Shown: positions 19,326 to 28,240 of the stretch, piece by piece
How positions within the stretch are numbered: position 1 is the first letter of the stretch
Layout of the letters: each line of letters begins with the position of its first letter
Notes under the pieces: generated by a model
Told to the model about the DNA's origin: nothing
Seen by the model: only the letters and a program-made list of their open reading frames with translations
Database searches by the model: none
Source: an uncultured Gemmatimonadales bacterium
Lineage (GTDB): Bacteria > Gemmatimonadota > Gemmatimonadetes > Gemmatimonadales > GWC2-71-9
Length of the DNA stretch: 64,000 nt
Reading direction: 5' to 3'
Assembly (NCBI GenBank): GCA_963842945.1
Contig: CAWJIM010000019.1
Coordinates: 672,001 to 736,000, forward strand
Position numbers and translations under genes: made by a program

Positions 19326-20278
19326 TGGCGGGGCTTCGCGGTAAGGCGCTGGTCGCCTATCTCCTCGTCTGCACGGTCTGGGGCTCCACCTACCTCGCCA
19401 TCCGCGTCGGGGTGATGCACCTGCCGCCCGTGCTCTTCGCGGGGGTGCGCTTCCTGGTCGCGGGCCTGATCCTCGCCGGCATCGTGCTGGCCACGGGAGA
19501 CCGGCTCCCCCGCCGCCTGCGGGACTGGCGGGTGAACGCGATCACCGGAGTATTCCTCCTGCTCGGCGGGAACGCCGTGGTGGTGTGGGCGGAGCAGCAC
19601 GTGGAGTCCGGCGCAGCCAGCGTGTTCGTCGCGGCCGTGCCGCTCTGGGCCGCGTTCTTCGACGCGCTCTGGCCCGGTGGTACCACCGTCTTCACCTGGC
19701 GGGTCGGCGTCGGGCTCGCGCTCGGCTTTCTCGGCAGCGCGCTCCTCGCGGGGGTGACGCCGGGGGAGCTGATGAGCGCCGACCTCGCGGGTCCGGTGGC
19801 CCTCACCCTCGCCAGTGCGTCCTGGGCGCTCGGCACCGTGTACTCCAAGCGCAACCCGACGGAGACGTCGCCCTACGCCGCGTCCGCCGTGCAGATGCTC
19901 GCCGGAGGACTGGTGATCTCGCTGTTGGGCCTCGTGCTCGGCGAAGCGGGCCAGTGGCGCTGGTCCGCGGAGGGCCTGGGCGCCCTGGCGTATCTGGTGG
20001 TGTTCGGCTCCATCGTCGGGTTTACGTCCTACGCCTATGCGCTGCGCCACGCTTCGGCGACCATCGTCGGCACCTACGCCTACGTGAACCCGGTCGTGGC
20101 GGTGCTGCTCGGCTGGCTGATCCTGCACGAGGAGATCACGGCGCGGACCATCGGCGCGATGGTGCTGATCCTCGGCGCCGTCCTCATGATCCAGCTCGCG
20201 CCCGGAGCGCACGGGAAGGCGAAGGCTCCGGCCGAGCGCGCGGCGGGTCCCGGTCGTCACGAGAGGGCCCGGGCATGA
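19325..20278 (+). CDS. EamA/DMT family transporter
   Basis: VWGSTYLAIR, FAGVRFLVAG, YLVVFGSIVGF, TYAYVNPVVAV. Confidence 0.92.
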   Translation: MAGLRGKALVAYLLVCTVWGSTYLAIRVGVMHLPPVLFAGVRFLVAGLILAGIVLATGDRLPRRLRDWRVNAITGVFLLLGGNAVVVWAEQHVESGAASVFVAAVPLWAAFFDALWPGGTTVFTWRVGVGLALGFLGSALLAGVTPGELMSADLAGPVALTLASASWALGTVYSKRNPTETSPYAASAVQMLAGGLVISLLGLVLGEAGQWRWSAEGLGALAYLVVFGSIVGFTSYAYALRHASATIVGTYAYVNPVVAVLLGWLILHEEITARTIGAMVLILGAVLMIQLAPGAHGKAKAPAERAAGPGRHERARA

Positions 20279-20715
20279 GCGGCGCAACCCCGCCCCGGCT
20301 GGTCGCGCAGTTCGAGAGCTGCACGCTGCCCAAGGAGGAGTGGACCCATCAGGCGCACCTGACGGTGGGCCTGTGGTACGCCTCGCGCCTGCCGTACCAG
20401 GAGGCGCTCGTCGCGGTGCGCGAGGGCATCCTGCGACTGAACGCGGCGCACGGCGTGCCCACCACGCCCACGCGCGGCTACCACGAGACCATCACGCGCT
20501 TCTACCTGCGCGTGCTCTGCGACTATGTGGCGAGCGAGGAGGAGCGGCCGATGGGAAGCTGGCCGGAGCGGGTGGCCCGGCTGCTGTCGCGCTACGGCGA
20601 CCGGGAGCTCCCGCTCCGGCACTACACGAAGGACCTGCTGATGTCGTCCGAGGCGAGGTTCGGCTGGGTGGAGCCGGATCTCCTGCCCCTGGGCCCGGAG
20701 GTGGTCAGCCGCTGA
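20275..20715 (+). CDS. Conserved hypothetical protein
   Basis: FESCTLPKEEWTHQAHL, GYHETITRF, YTKDLLMSSEARFGWVEPDL; translationally coupled to EamA. Confidence 0.75.
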   Translation: MSGATPPRLVAQFESCTLPKEEWTHQAHLTVGLWYASRLPYQEALVAVREGILRLNAAHGVPTTPTRGYHETITRFYLRVLCDYVASEEERPMGSWPERVARLLSRYGDRELPLRHYTKDLLMSSEARFGWVEPDLLPLGPEVVSR

Positions 20716-21241
20716 TCAGGTGCCGTCGGAGCTTGGTCATCCGGCGCCGAACAGAGCCGTCGTGGATGCGCTCGCCGATCCGCACCACCGTGCCGCCGAG
20801 GATCTCGGGGTCCACGCGGAACGCCGCGATGACCTCCTTGCCCAGCTCACGGCTCAGGGCGTCCTGAATCTCGCGCTGGAGCGCGGGATCGGCCGGATGC
20901 GCCAGGGTGACGCCGGCGCGGATGCGGTTGTGCTTGATATCGAGCAGCGTCTGGTACTCCCCGGAGATCTCGCGGAGGAACCGGTGCCGCCCCCGCTTCA
21001 ACAGCGCCTGGAGAAACAGCACGAACTCGCGCGGCGCACCCTTGAGCGCGGCGCCGAGCAGCCGGATCTTCTCCGCCTTCGGCACCCGCGGGGACATGAG
21101 GACGCTCTGCACCTCGGGCGTGGTCTCCACCGCGCCCGCCAAGGCGTCGAGCAGCTCCGCGTACCGATCCGCGTTGCCGCTCCGCTCGCCGAGCTCGAAC
21201 AGCGCCTCGGCGTAGTTGCGGGCGATCGTCGTCGCGCTCAC
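20705..21241 (-). CDS. atpH: ATP synthase F1 subunit delta
   Basis: IARNYAEALF, VDPEILGGTVVRIGERIHDGSV. Confidence 0.93.
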   Translation of the reverse strand: MSATTIARNYAEALFELGERSGNADRYAELLDALAGAVETTPEVQSVLMSPRVPKAEKIRLLGAALKGAPREFVLFLQALLKRGRHRFLREISGEYQTLLDIKHNRIRAGVTLAHPADPALQREIQDALSRELGKEVIAAFRVDPEILGGTVVRIGERIHDGSVRRRMTKLRRHLISG

Positions 21242-21786
21242 CGCTTCTCGTCCAGGGTGGCGAGGAACTCGAGCACCAGCTTGCGGTCGGTCTCACCGTC
21301 GAGGCGCTTCTCGATCAGCCGGGAGGCTGCGGCGAGGGAGAGATCCACCGCCTCGCGTCGAAGCTCCTCCACCGCGCGGTCGCGCTCCGCGCCGATCTCG
21401 CGCCGGGCCCGGGCCAGCAGATCCTCCTGCTCCTGCCGGGTCTTCTCCATCGCCAGCGCGCGCTCCTTTTCCGCGATCCCGCGGGCTTCCACGATCATGC
21501 CGTGCGCCCGGGACTGGGCGTCGGCGATCAGCTTCTGGTGCTCGGCCAGGAGCGCGGCCGCCTGCTCCCGGTCGCGCGCGGCCTCGGCGAGCTGGCGCTC
21601 GAGCGCCTGTTCCCGCGCCTCCACGGCGCCCAGAATCGCCGGCCAGGCGAACCGCTTCAGGATCAGGAGCAGCAGCAGGAAGATGAAGACGGTCCAGACC
21701 ATCAGCCCGCCGTCGACGGTGAGTGGGCCGGACGCGTGCTCTTGGGCCGCGGGGGCGTGTTCCTGGATGGCGAGCAGTGTCAGCAT
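21238..21786 (-). CDS. atpF: ATP synthase F0 subunit b
   Basis: TM helix then KRFAWPAILGAVEARE and a long coiled coil. Confidence 0.93.
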   Translation of the reverse strand: MLTLLAIQEHAPAAQEHASGPLTVDGGLMVWTVFIFLLLLLILKRFAWPAILGAVEAREQALERQLAEAARDREQAAALLAEHQKLIADAQSRAHGMIVEARGIAEKERALAMEKTRQEQEDLLARARREIGAERDRAVEELRREAVDLSLAAASRLIEKRLDGETDRKLVLEFLATLDEKR

Positions 21787-21802
21787 GCGAGCTCCGACGA
21801 GG

Positions 21803-21891
21803 AGCTATCAGCTTCAGCGATCAGCCATCAGTCAAGCACACCTCGCCCCCGGTGTGCCTGGCTGATAGCTGATATCTGATAGTTGACGGCT
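21803..21891. repeat. Inverted arrays of AGCTATC-like heptamers forming a long hairpin between atpE and atpF
   Basis: agctatc agcttc agcgatc agccatc ... gatagct gatatct gatagtt gacggct around a central gcacacc/ggtgtgc stem. Confidence 0.75.
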
Positions 21892-22148
21892 CAGTACGTG
21901 ATTTTCCCCTGAATCAGGAACGCGATCACCGCCACGAACAGCGCCACGCCTTCCACCAGCGCGGCCGCGATGATCATCGCCGTCTGGATCCGTGCCGTGG
22001 CGTCGGGCTGCCGGGCGATGCCCTCGGTCGCCCGTCCACCGATCTGGCCGATGCCGATGCCTGCGCCCACGACGGCGAGTCCGGCGGCGAGACCGGCGCC
22101 GATGAGGCCGTAGCCCTTGTCGGCCCCGGCCGAGGCGGCCTGAAGCAT
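21891..22148 (-). CDS. atpE: ATP synthase F0 subunit c
   Basis: GAGIGIGQIG, ARQP loop, ion-binding Glu in LVEGVALF; real start may be 22167 with an indel. Confidence 0.95.
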   Translation of the reverse strand: MLQAASAGADKGYGLIGAGLAAGLAVVGAGIGIGQIGGRATEGIARQPDATARIQTAMIIAAALVEGVALFVAVIAFLIQGKITY

Positions 22149-22365
22149 GCGGAAGAATGTCCAGCATGTGTTGCTCCTCAGCTCAACGGAAGATCCGGAG
22201 TCGGTTGCGCCCGCCGCGCGTGGATCGCCTCTCCCGGAGCGATCTCGCCTCGGTGACCCGCCGGCGCCCGCCGGCTCGAGGCCGGTGAGCAGCGGGCATC
22301 GTCCGCCGGACGGCGGACTACTTCGCCGACGCCGCGCGGGCGCGCGGGGCGTCGGGGTGACGTCT

Positions 22366-23367
22366 CTAGTGCTCCGCCCGCATCAGCCCGATGAACACGC
22401 TGGTGAGCAGCGTGAACACGAAGGCCTGCAGGAACGCCACGAACAACTCCAGGATCATGACACCGGTCGCGAGCACCGAGGCGCCGAGCCCGACCGCGTA
22501 GCTCTTGAACAGGAAGGTGAGCCCGATCAGCGCCAGCACCAGCACGTGCCCCGAGGTCATGTTGGCGAAGAGCCGGACCGCCAGGGCGAACGGCTTCGCC
22601 AGCTTGCCGATCAGCTCGATCGGCGTCATGACCGCCAGCAGCACCACCTTGAGGATGGTGCCGCCGATGCCGCCCGGCAGGCCGGACGGCAGATAGAAGA
22701 TGGTCTTCAGGTATCCCTTCGGGCCCAACGTCCGCATGCCGGTCACTTCGATCACCAGGAACGCCATCACCGCGAGTGCCGCGGTCACCGCGATGTTGCC
22801 GGTCGCGGTGGCGCCCCAGGGCAGCAGGCCCAGCAGGTTCATCGCCAGGATGAAGAAGAACAGCGTCAGCAGGTACGGCGCGTATCCTTCACCGTGGTGG
22901 CCCACGTTGGGCAGCACCACCTCCTGCCGGATGTAGAGCGCCAGCGCCTCCATCGAGCCGGCGAATCCCTTGGCCGGCCGGCCCCGCGCCTGCTCCCGCG
23001 CGATGGTGCGCGCGCTCAGCAGGAAGACCAGCGCCACCAGGATCGCCGCGAGCAGCATGTAGACCAGGTGCTTGGTGGGCGAGAGATCGAGGGTGATCCC
23101 GCCGAGGTGAATCGGCTCCCACCGGGGCAGGTGCACCAGACCGAACGGGGTTTCGAGCTCGTGCGAGTTCCCGATGTGGTGCACGATGTCGATCTGGTTC
23201 TCGGACGCCTCCTGCTGCGACGTCGGCGCGACCTCGTCGCGAGCCACATCCGCGGTGGTGCCGTGCTCCTGTGCAGCCAGGCTCCCGCCCGCACCTAGCG
23301 CTGCCAGCATGAGCGCCACAGCGACCATGGTACGGAGTGAAGTGAGGGACCGTCCGAAACCCGTCAT
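22366..23367 (-). CDS. atpB: ATP synthase F0 subunit a with signal-like N-terminal extension
   Basis: NLLGLLP, ATATGN, KPFALAVRLFANM, ELFVAFLQAFVFTLL. Confidence 0.95.
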   Translation of the reverse strand: MTGFGRSLTSLRTMVAVALMLAALGAGGSLAAQEHGTTADVARDEVAPTSQQEASENQIDIVHHIGNSHELETPFGLVHLPRWEPIHLGGITLDLSPTKHLVYMLLAAILVALVFLLSARTIAREQARGRPAKGFAGSMEALALYIRQEVVLPNVGHHGEGYAPYLLTLFFFILAMNLLGLLPWGATATGNIAVTAALAVMAFLVIEVTGMRTLGPKGYLKTIFYLPSGLPGGIGGTILKVVLLAVMTPIELIGKLAKPFALAVRLFANMTSGHVLVLALIGLTFLFKSYAVGLGASVLATGVMILELFVAFLQAFVFTLLTSVFIGLMRAEH

Positions 23368-23732
23368 CGCTCGCCTTTCCGCGAGTATTCTCCCATTGCC
23401 ACCACCCCCTCCACCAGCAGCAGCCCGACCAGCACACTCACCATCGTCACCAGCATGGGCGAGGCCAGTCGGTCCGGTGTCCCCATCAGCGCGAAGGCGG
23501 CCACGGCCAGCACTCCGAAGCGCGCCAGCATCCCCAGGCCCCACACCAGGAAGAACTGCTCGGTGCCGATCGCCTTGAGGGTCCACCAACCGAGGGGCGC
23601 CTGAAGCAGCAGGCCGGCGCCGAGCCCCCACACGATACCGCCGCGCCACTCCGAGGGCGAGGCGGCCATGGCCACCAGTCCGCCGGCGCCCACCGCCGCC
23701 ACGCCGGCGACGTAGCGGCCGGCGCGGGTCAC
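23364..23732 (-). CDS. AtpI-like four-helix membrane protein
   Basis: Hydrophobic ORF between atpZ-like gene and atpB, overlapping both. Confidence 0.65.
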   Translation of the reverse strand: MTRAGRYVAGVAAVGAGGLVAMAASPSEWRGGIVWGLGAGLLLQAPLGWWTLKAIGTEQFFLVWGLGMLARFGVLAVAAFALMGTPDRLASPMLVTMVSVLVGLLLVEGVVAMGEYSRKGER

Positions 23733-23959
23733 TTCTCGCCGCCGTCTTTCCTGGTGAGCGTCCGGATCAGGGAGTACATGGTCCCGCCGAAACCCAGGAA
23801 GGCCGCGACCATCGTGATGATGCCCCCGGTGCCGAGCTTGCGATCGACCCACTGGCCGGCCAGGACACAGACCACGAGGATCACGGCCAGCTGCACGCCG
23901 AGCCCCGCGTAACGCATCGGCCCGGGCGCCTTTTGGCCGCCCGGATCAGGGTTGGTCAC
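23729..23959 (-). CDS. AtpZ/AtpI family protein
   Basis: YAGLGVQLAV...GQWVDRKLGT...GFGGTMYSLIR. Confidence 0.85.
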   Translation of the reverse strand: MTNPDPGGQKAPGPMRYAGLGVQLAVILVVCVLAGQWVDRKLGTGGIITMVAAFLGFGGTMYSLIRTLTRKDGGEK

Positions 23960-24044
23960 GGGGCAAACCTATCGGCTTGTGAAAAATTTCGCAAGGAAAG
24001 GAGAGCGGGCGGTACGGCGGTACGACGACGCTCGGTGGACGGCG

Positions 24045-24136
24045 CTGTCATCCCGAGGAGCGCAAGCGACGAGGATCTTCTCGACCCGGTCACCGATGAC
24101 CGTCGAGAAGATCCCTCGCTTCGCTCGGGATGACAG
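24045..24136. repeat. REP doublet (REPIN/BIME-like), same family as 7653/7996
   Basis: ctgtcatcccgag...ctcgggatgacag ends; aagatccctcgcttcgctcgggatgacag identical to the 7998..8026 copy; whole unit folds as one long hairpin. Confidence 0.88.
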
Positions 24137-24206
24137 GTTAGGCTCGGTCCCCCTCACCGCCCTACCGCCCTACCGCCCTCCCCCACCACCCGGGTAATCT
24201 CAATCA

Positions 24207-25221
<1,015 letters not shown>

Positions 25222-25247
25222 GGCGAGAAGAGTGACGCGTGAAAAGT

Positions 25248-25286
25248 GAAAGGGGAAGAGGAGGGTGACCCTCCTCTTCCCCTTTC
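25248..25286. terminator. Perfect 18-bp hairpin between convergent genes
   Basis: gaaaggggaagaggaggg-tga-ccctcctcttcccctttc. Confidence 0.75.
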
Positions 25287-25303
25287 GACCTTTCAGCCGG
25301 CGG

Positions 25304-26389
25304 TTACGCCACCGGGACGATCGGGTCCAGCAGATCCTCGAAGAAGTCGAACCCGCCGAGGAACACCAGATAGATCTCCTGGAGCGAGTGCAGCTCCTCC
25401 TCGCTCAGCGGCTCGCCGTCGGCGCCGGTGATCACCGGCTCAGCGCCCTGGGTCACGGTGATGGTCGCGAACGGATCGCCGTTCACCTCGACGTTGTAGG
25501 TCCCGGCATTGTCGGCCCAGTTGCCGACGATCGTCACCGTGCCGTGCGGGCCGCGCAGCTCCAGGCTCGAGGACACGGCGCTGGTGTTCATGTTCCACTC
25601 TTCCTCGAGGTCCATCCGGAAGTTGCCGCGGGTCGGCACGCTGAGCGCGTAGTCGAACGTGATGATGTTTTCGGAATTGAGGTGCATGTCGAGATCGAAA
25701 TTGACCCGGTCCTCACCGTTGCTCACGAACCCGGAGACGTTGATGGTGGCCGCAGTCTGGCTGGCTGTGGCGCCAACCGTGTAGTCGAGGTAGGTCACGT
25801 TGCCCGAGACCAGCTCGATCCTGATGCTGGCGGAATTCGTGGTCTGAGTGACCTCGACGTCGGCGTACCCGACTTCCTGCAGCGGCGTGACCGGCTGGCC
25901 GCTGATCGGATTCACCGTGTACACGATGAACCGCACCCCGTTCGAGGGCGCGCCGGTCCGGTCCGAGACCTCGTACTCCAGGGTCTCGGCGTTGCGGACG
26001 AAGGTCTTGCCGAGATGCTCCTCGAGAATCGCCGCCCGGCTCCCGACCGGCCGCATGCCGGCGGTCGGCACGGTGTAGAGGCGGGCAAGGGTGCTGGCAT
26101 ACTCCCGCGCGCCCGACTTGCCGGTCGCCATGATCTTGCTCGGCGCGGCGCGAAGGGCGACCGCCGCCGACGACTCGCCCAGCGTGGTGCTGATCGCCGG
26201 CATGGCGCTCTGGAAGCCGTACATCGCGTCGCTCTCGTACGAGGCCTCGATCGCGTCGATGTCGGACGAGGTCCCCGCCGGATCGAACGGCGCGTCGGGA
26301 GCGGTGGAGTCGTTCCCACCGCAGCCGGTCATGAGGCCGATCAGGGCCACGACCGCGAGGGGTCGCATTGCGTAATGCGGGACACGCAT
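25304..26389 (-). CDS. Hypothetical lipoprotein
   Basis: MRVPHYAMRPLAVVALIGLMTGC lipobox then GGNDSTAP; GGAGG RBS. Confidence 0.8.
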   Translation of the reverse strand: MRVPHYAMRPLAVVALIGLMTGCGGNDSTAPDAPFDPAGTSSDIDAIEASYESDAMYGFQSAMPAISTTLGESSAAVALRAAPSKIMATGKSGAREYASTLARLYTVPTAGMRPVGSRAAILEEHLGKTFVRNAETLEYEVSDRTGAPSNGVRFIVYTVNPISGQPVTPLQEVGYADVEVTQTTNSASIRIELVSGNVTYLDYTVGATASQTAATINVSGFVSNGEDRVNFDLDMHLNSENIITFDYALSVPTRGNFRMDLEEEWNMNTSAVSSSLELRGPHGTVTIVGNWADNAGTYNVEVNGDPFATITVTQGAEPVITGADGEPLSEEELHSLQEIYLVFLGGFDFFEDLLDPIVPVA

Positions 26390-26437
26390 GGGGTATCGCC
26401 TCCGTACGTCGGGTGCAGGGATTGGGTCCGAAGCTGC

Positions 26438-26463
26438 CGTCGCAGGCCCACTTGCACGACCGG
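26438..26463. repeat. 26-bp direct repeat, copy 1
   Basis: cgtcgcaggcccacttgcacgaccgg identical to 33785..33810. Confidence 0.9.
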
Positions 26464-26522
26464 TGCAGGCGGGTGCGCGGGCTCGAGGTCGGCCCGGATT
26501 TCGGCCGGCCGGGAGGCGAGGG

Positions 26523-26538
26523 GCAACGGCCGTGCCGA
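26523..26538 (-). promoter_or_regulatory. Possible sigma54 (-24/-12) promoter for the lipoprotein gene
   Basis: Minus strand TCGGCACGGCCGTTGC matches GGCAC-N5-TTGC. Confidence 0.45.
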
Positions 26539-26547
26539 AAGGGAGGG

Positions 26548-26676
26548 TTACTTCTTGGTCACCGGGAGGCCGGCCTCGTTCCAGGCCGTCCAGCCTCCCA
26601 GCAAGGCCCTGGCCTTCTTCCATCCTGCCTGACGGAGCTCTCGCGCCACCCGGGCGCTTGTGGCTTCGTCCTTTCA
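26548..26676 (-). pseudogene. Displaced original 3' end of the antiporter-rhodanese gene (attR-like, copy C)
   Basis: TGA then KDEATSARVARELRQAGWKKARALLGGWTAWNEAGLPVTKK*; first 71 nt identical to the copy at 38581; tail has host-like GC-ending codons; no upstream gene body. Confidence 0.85.
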
Positions 26677-27285
26677 AATAGATGTTCCCAAACCACAAGG
26701 ATCGGTACGGGGTAAGTCGGTACGCTTCCGTTAGTTTCCGACAATGAACCGCGCTTCGGTCGAGACCGTTTCCTGTGCAAGCAACGGAGTAGCGGAGAGC
26801 AGCGGGCAGAACACCAGCAAGCTGGTTGATCTCACTAGCACTCCCGTTTGGGCGGTTGGCCTACACTGCTCCTGCCACCTTCGTGGGAACTAGGCGGGGT
26901 GACGTCGTTTGTGGCGCCCTGGAGCAAGGTGGACTTTCAGCCACGAACGGTCGCGGGACTCACGAGATGTCGCGGGGCGACCGGCCCATCGCGGCGATGG
27001 ACCGGGCGGACCGACTGATGCTTGGAGCAGTAGCGGGGATCACGACCCAAACGTAGACGCCGTTCCACTTCTACGATGTGGCGGCCCAGAGGATGGGGGT
27101 GCGGGAGGCGCGTCAAGTGCCCGAGCGAAGCGTCCCCGCGTTATCTCTAGAGCTTACCCTTGTTTCTGTACCAGCTACTTCGGGCGGCCCGAAGACTTAC
27201 GAGTTCACCGTGATGCAAGGGAGAGTGGAGTTCCTTAACGAGAAACCGTTTTAGCCCTTAGCTGGCATTCAGCTCGAACCCACAG

Positions 27286-27314
27286 CGGAATCTACGGACC
27301 GAGGGTCCAATGGG
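27286..27314 (+). repeat. 29-bp direct repeat, left of the copper module
   Basis: cggaatctacggaccgagggtccaatggg identical to 33320..33348. Confidence 0.9.
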
Positions 27315-27368
27315 GTCTGGGAGTTTCATGATTGCCCTCCCTACCGGGTATCACCCGGCATTTCGGCC

Positions 27369-27770
27369 TCACTCCGGCGGGTGATGAGCCGCATGATTGG
27401 TCGTGTCAGCCGTCGCATCAGGGCTCGGCATCGCCTTCCGCCCGGGTGCCGTTGAGTCTTTCATCATCCCCATCATGCCCCCACGCTCCATCATCTGATG
27501 CATGCGCTCCTGCATCGCCTTCCGCTGAACGACTAGCTCGTTTATGACGGCCGCCATGGACTGCACCTTCTGGTTGCCGCTTGTCCGATTCATCCGATCC
27601 ACAAGGCTGTCGAGACGGCGGTTGAGGGAATCCATCATCATCATCGACATCTGATTCTTGCCCGCGATTTCACGATGACCATCAGGAGTCGACGCCCCGG
27701 GCTGCTGCGCGGCAACCGTTGAGGCGCTCAAGACCAGAGCGGCGATGCCGCCGACTAGTCGTGACATCAT
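27369..27770 (-). CDS. Met-rich secreted protein, candidate Cu(I)/Ag(I) binder
   Basis: Signal peptide; MSMMMMD, MHQMMERGGMMGMM, HAAHH; last gene of the Cu-ATPase cluster. Confidence 0.7.
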   Translation of the reverse strand: MMSRLVGGIAALVLSASTVAAQQPGASTPDGHREIAGKNQMSMMMMDSLNRRLDSLVDRMNRTSGNQKVQSMAAVINELVVQRKAMQERMHQMMERGGMMGMMKDSTAPGRKAMPSPDATADTTNHAAHHPPE

Positions 27771-27797
27771 TTGTAGCCTCCGATTCGGTTTCCCAGC

Positions 27798-28106
27798 TTA
27801 CGTCTGGACCCGTGACCACCACACGTAGCCCCCCAACGCGAGCAGCAGCAGCCAACAGGTCCAGTACGCCCACACCGTCCAACGCGGTCTCGCCTCCCCC
27901 AGGGAAGTGTCCAGATGGTGCTTCTGGTACATGGCCAGCGCGTGCACCACTCCACCCACCACCAAGAGCGGTACCGCCATTGTCTCCAAGGCCTCCTTGA
28001 ATAGCAGGGCGAGGCCAGCTCCGAGCACACCAGCACCTAGACCGCCAAGCAGCTCTGTTCGCGCTCGCTCGCCGATGTACCTGCTGCTGGTCCGAAGCAC
28101 CGTCAT
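27798..28106 (-). CDS. Small membrane protein
   Basis: Three hydrophobic helices; GGVVHALAM; YWTCW. Confidence 0.65.
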   Translation of the reverse strand: MTVLRTSSRYIGERARTELLGGLGAGVLGAGLALLFKEALETMAVPLLVVGGVVHALAMYQKHHLDTSLGEARPRWTVWAYWTCWLLLLALGGYVWWSRVQT

Positions 28107-28240
28107 ACGCGCCTCACCAAGGAATCGACGGAAACGATAGCTCGGTTCTCATGAAGAACCGGTGAAGGTCGTGCGAGACTACCTTCAACGGTCACAGCCC
28201 TCGGCTGCACGGAAACCCACTGCAGCAGAGACATTAGCGG

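Noticed and set aside
21891..22148. Na+-coupled ATP synthase
   Set aside because: Gln is present in the first helix, but the Glu is followed by Gly and there is no Ser/Thr or Tyr ligand.
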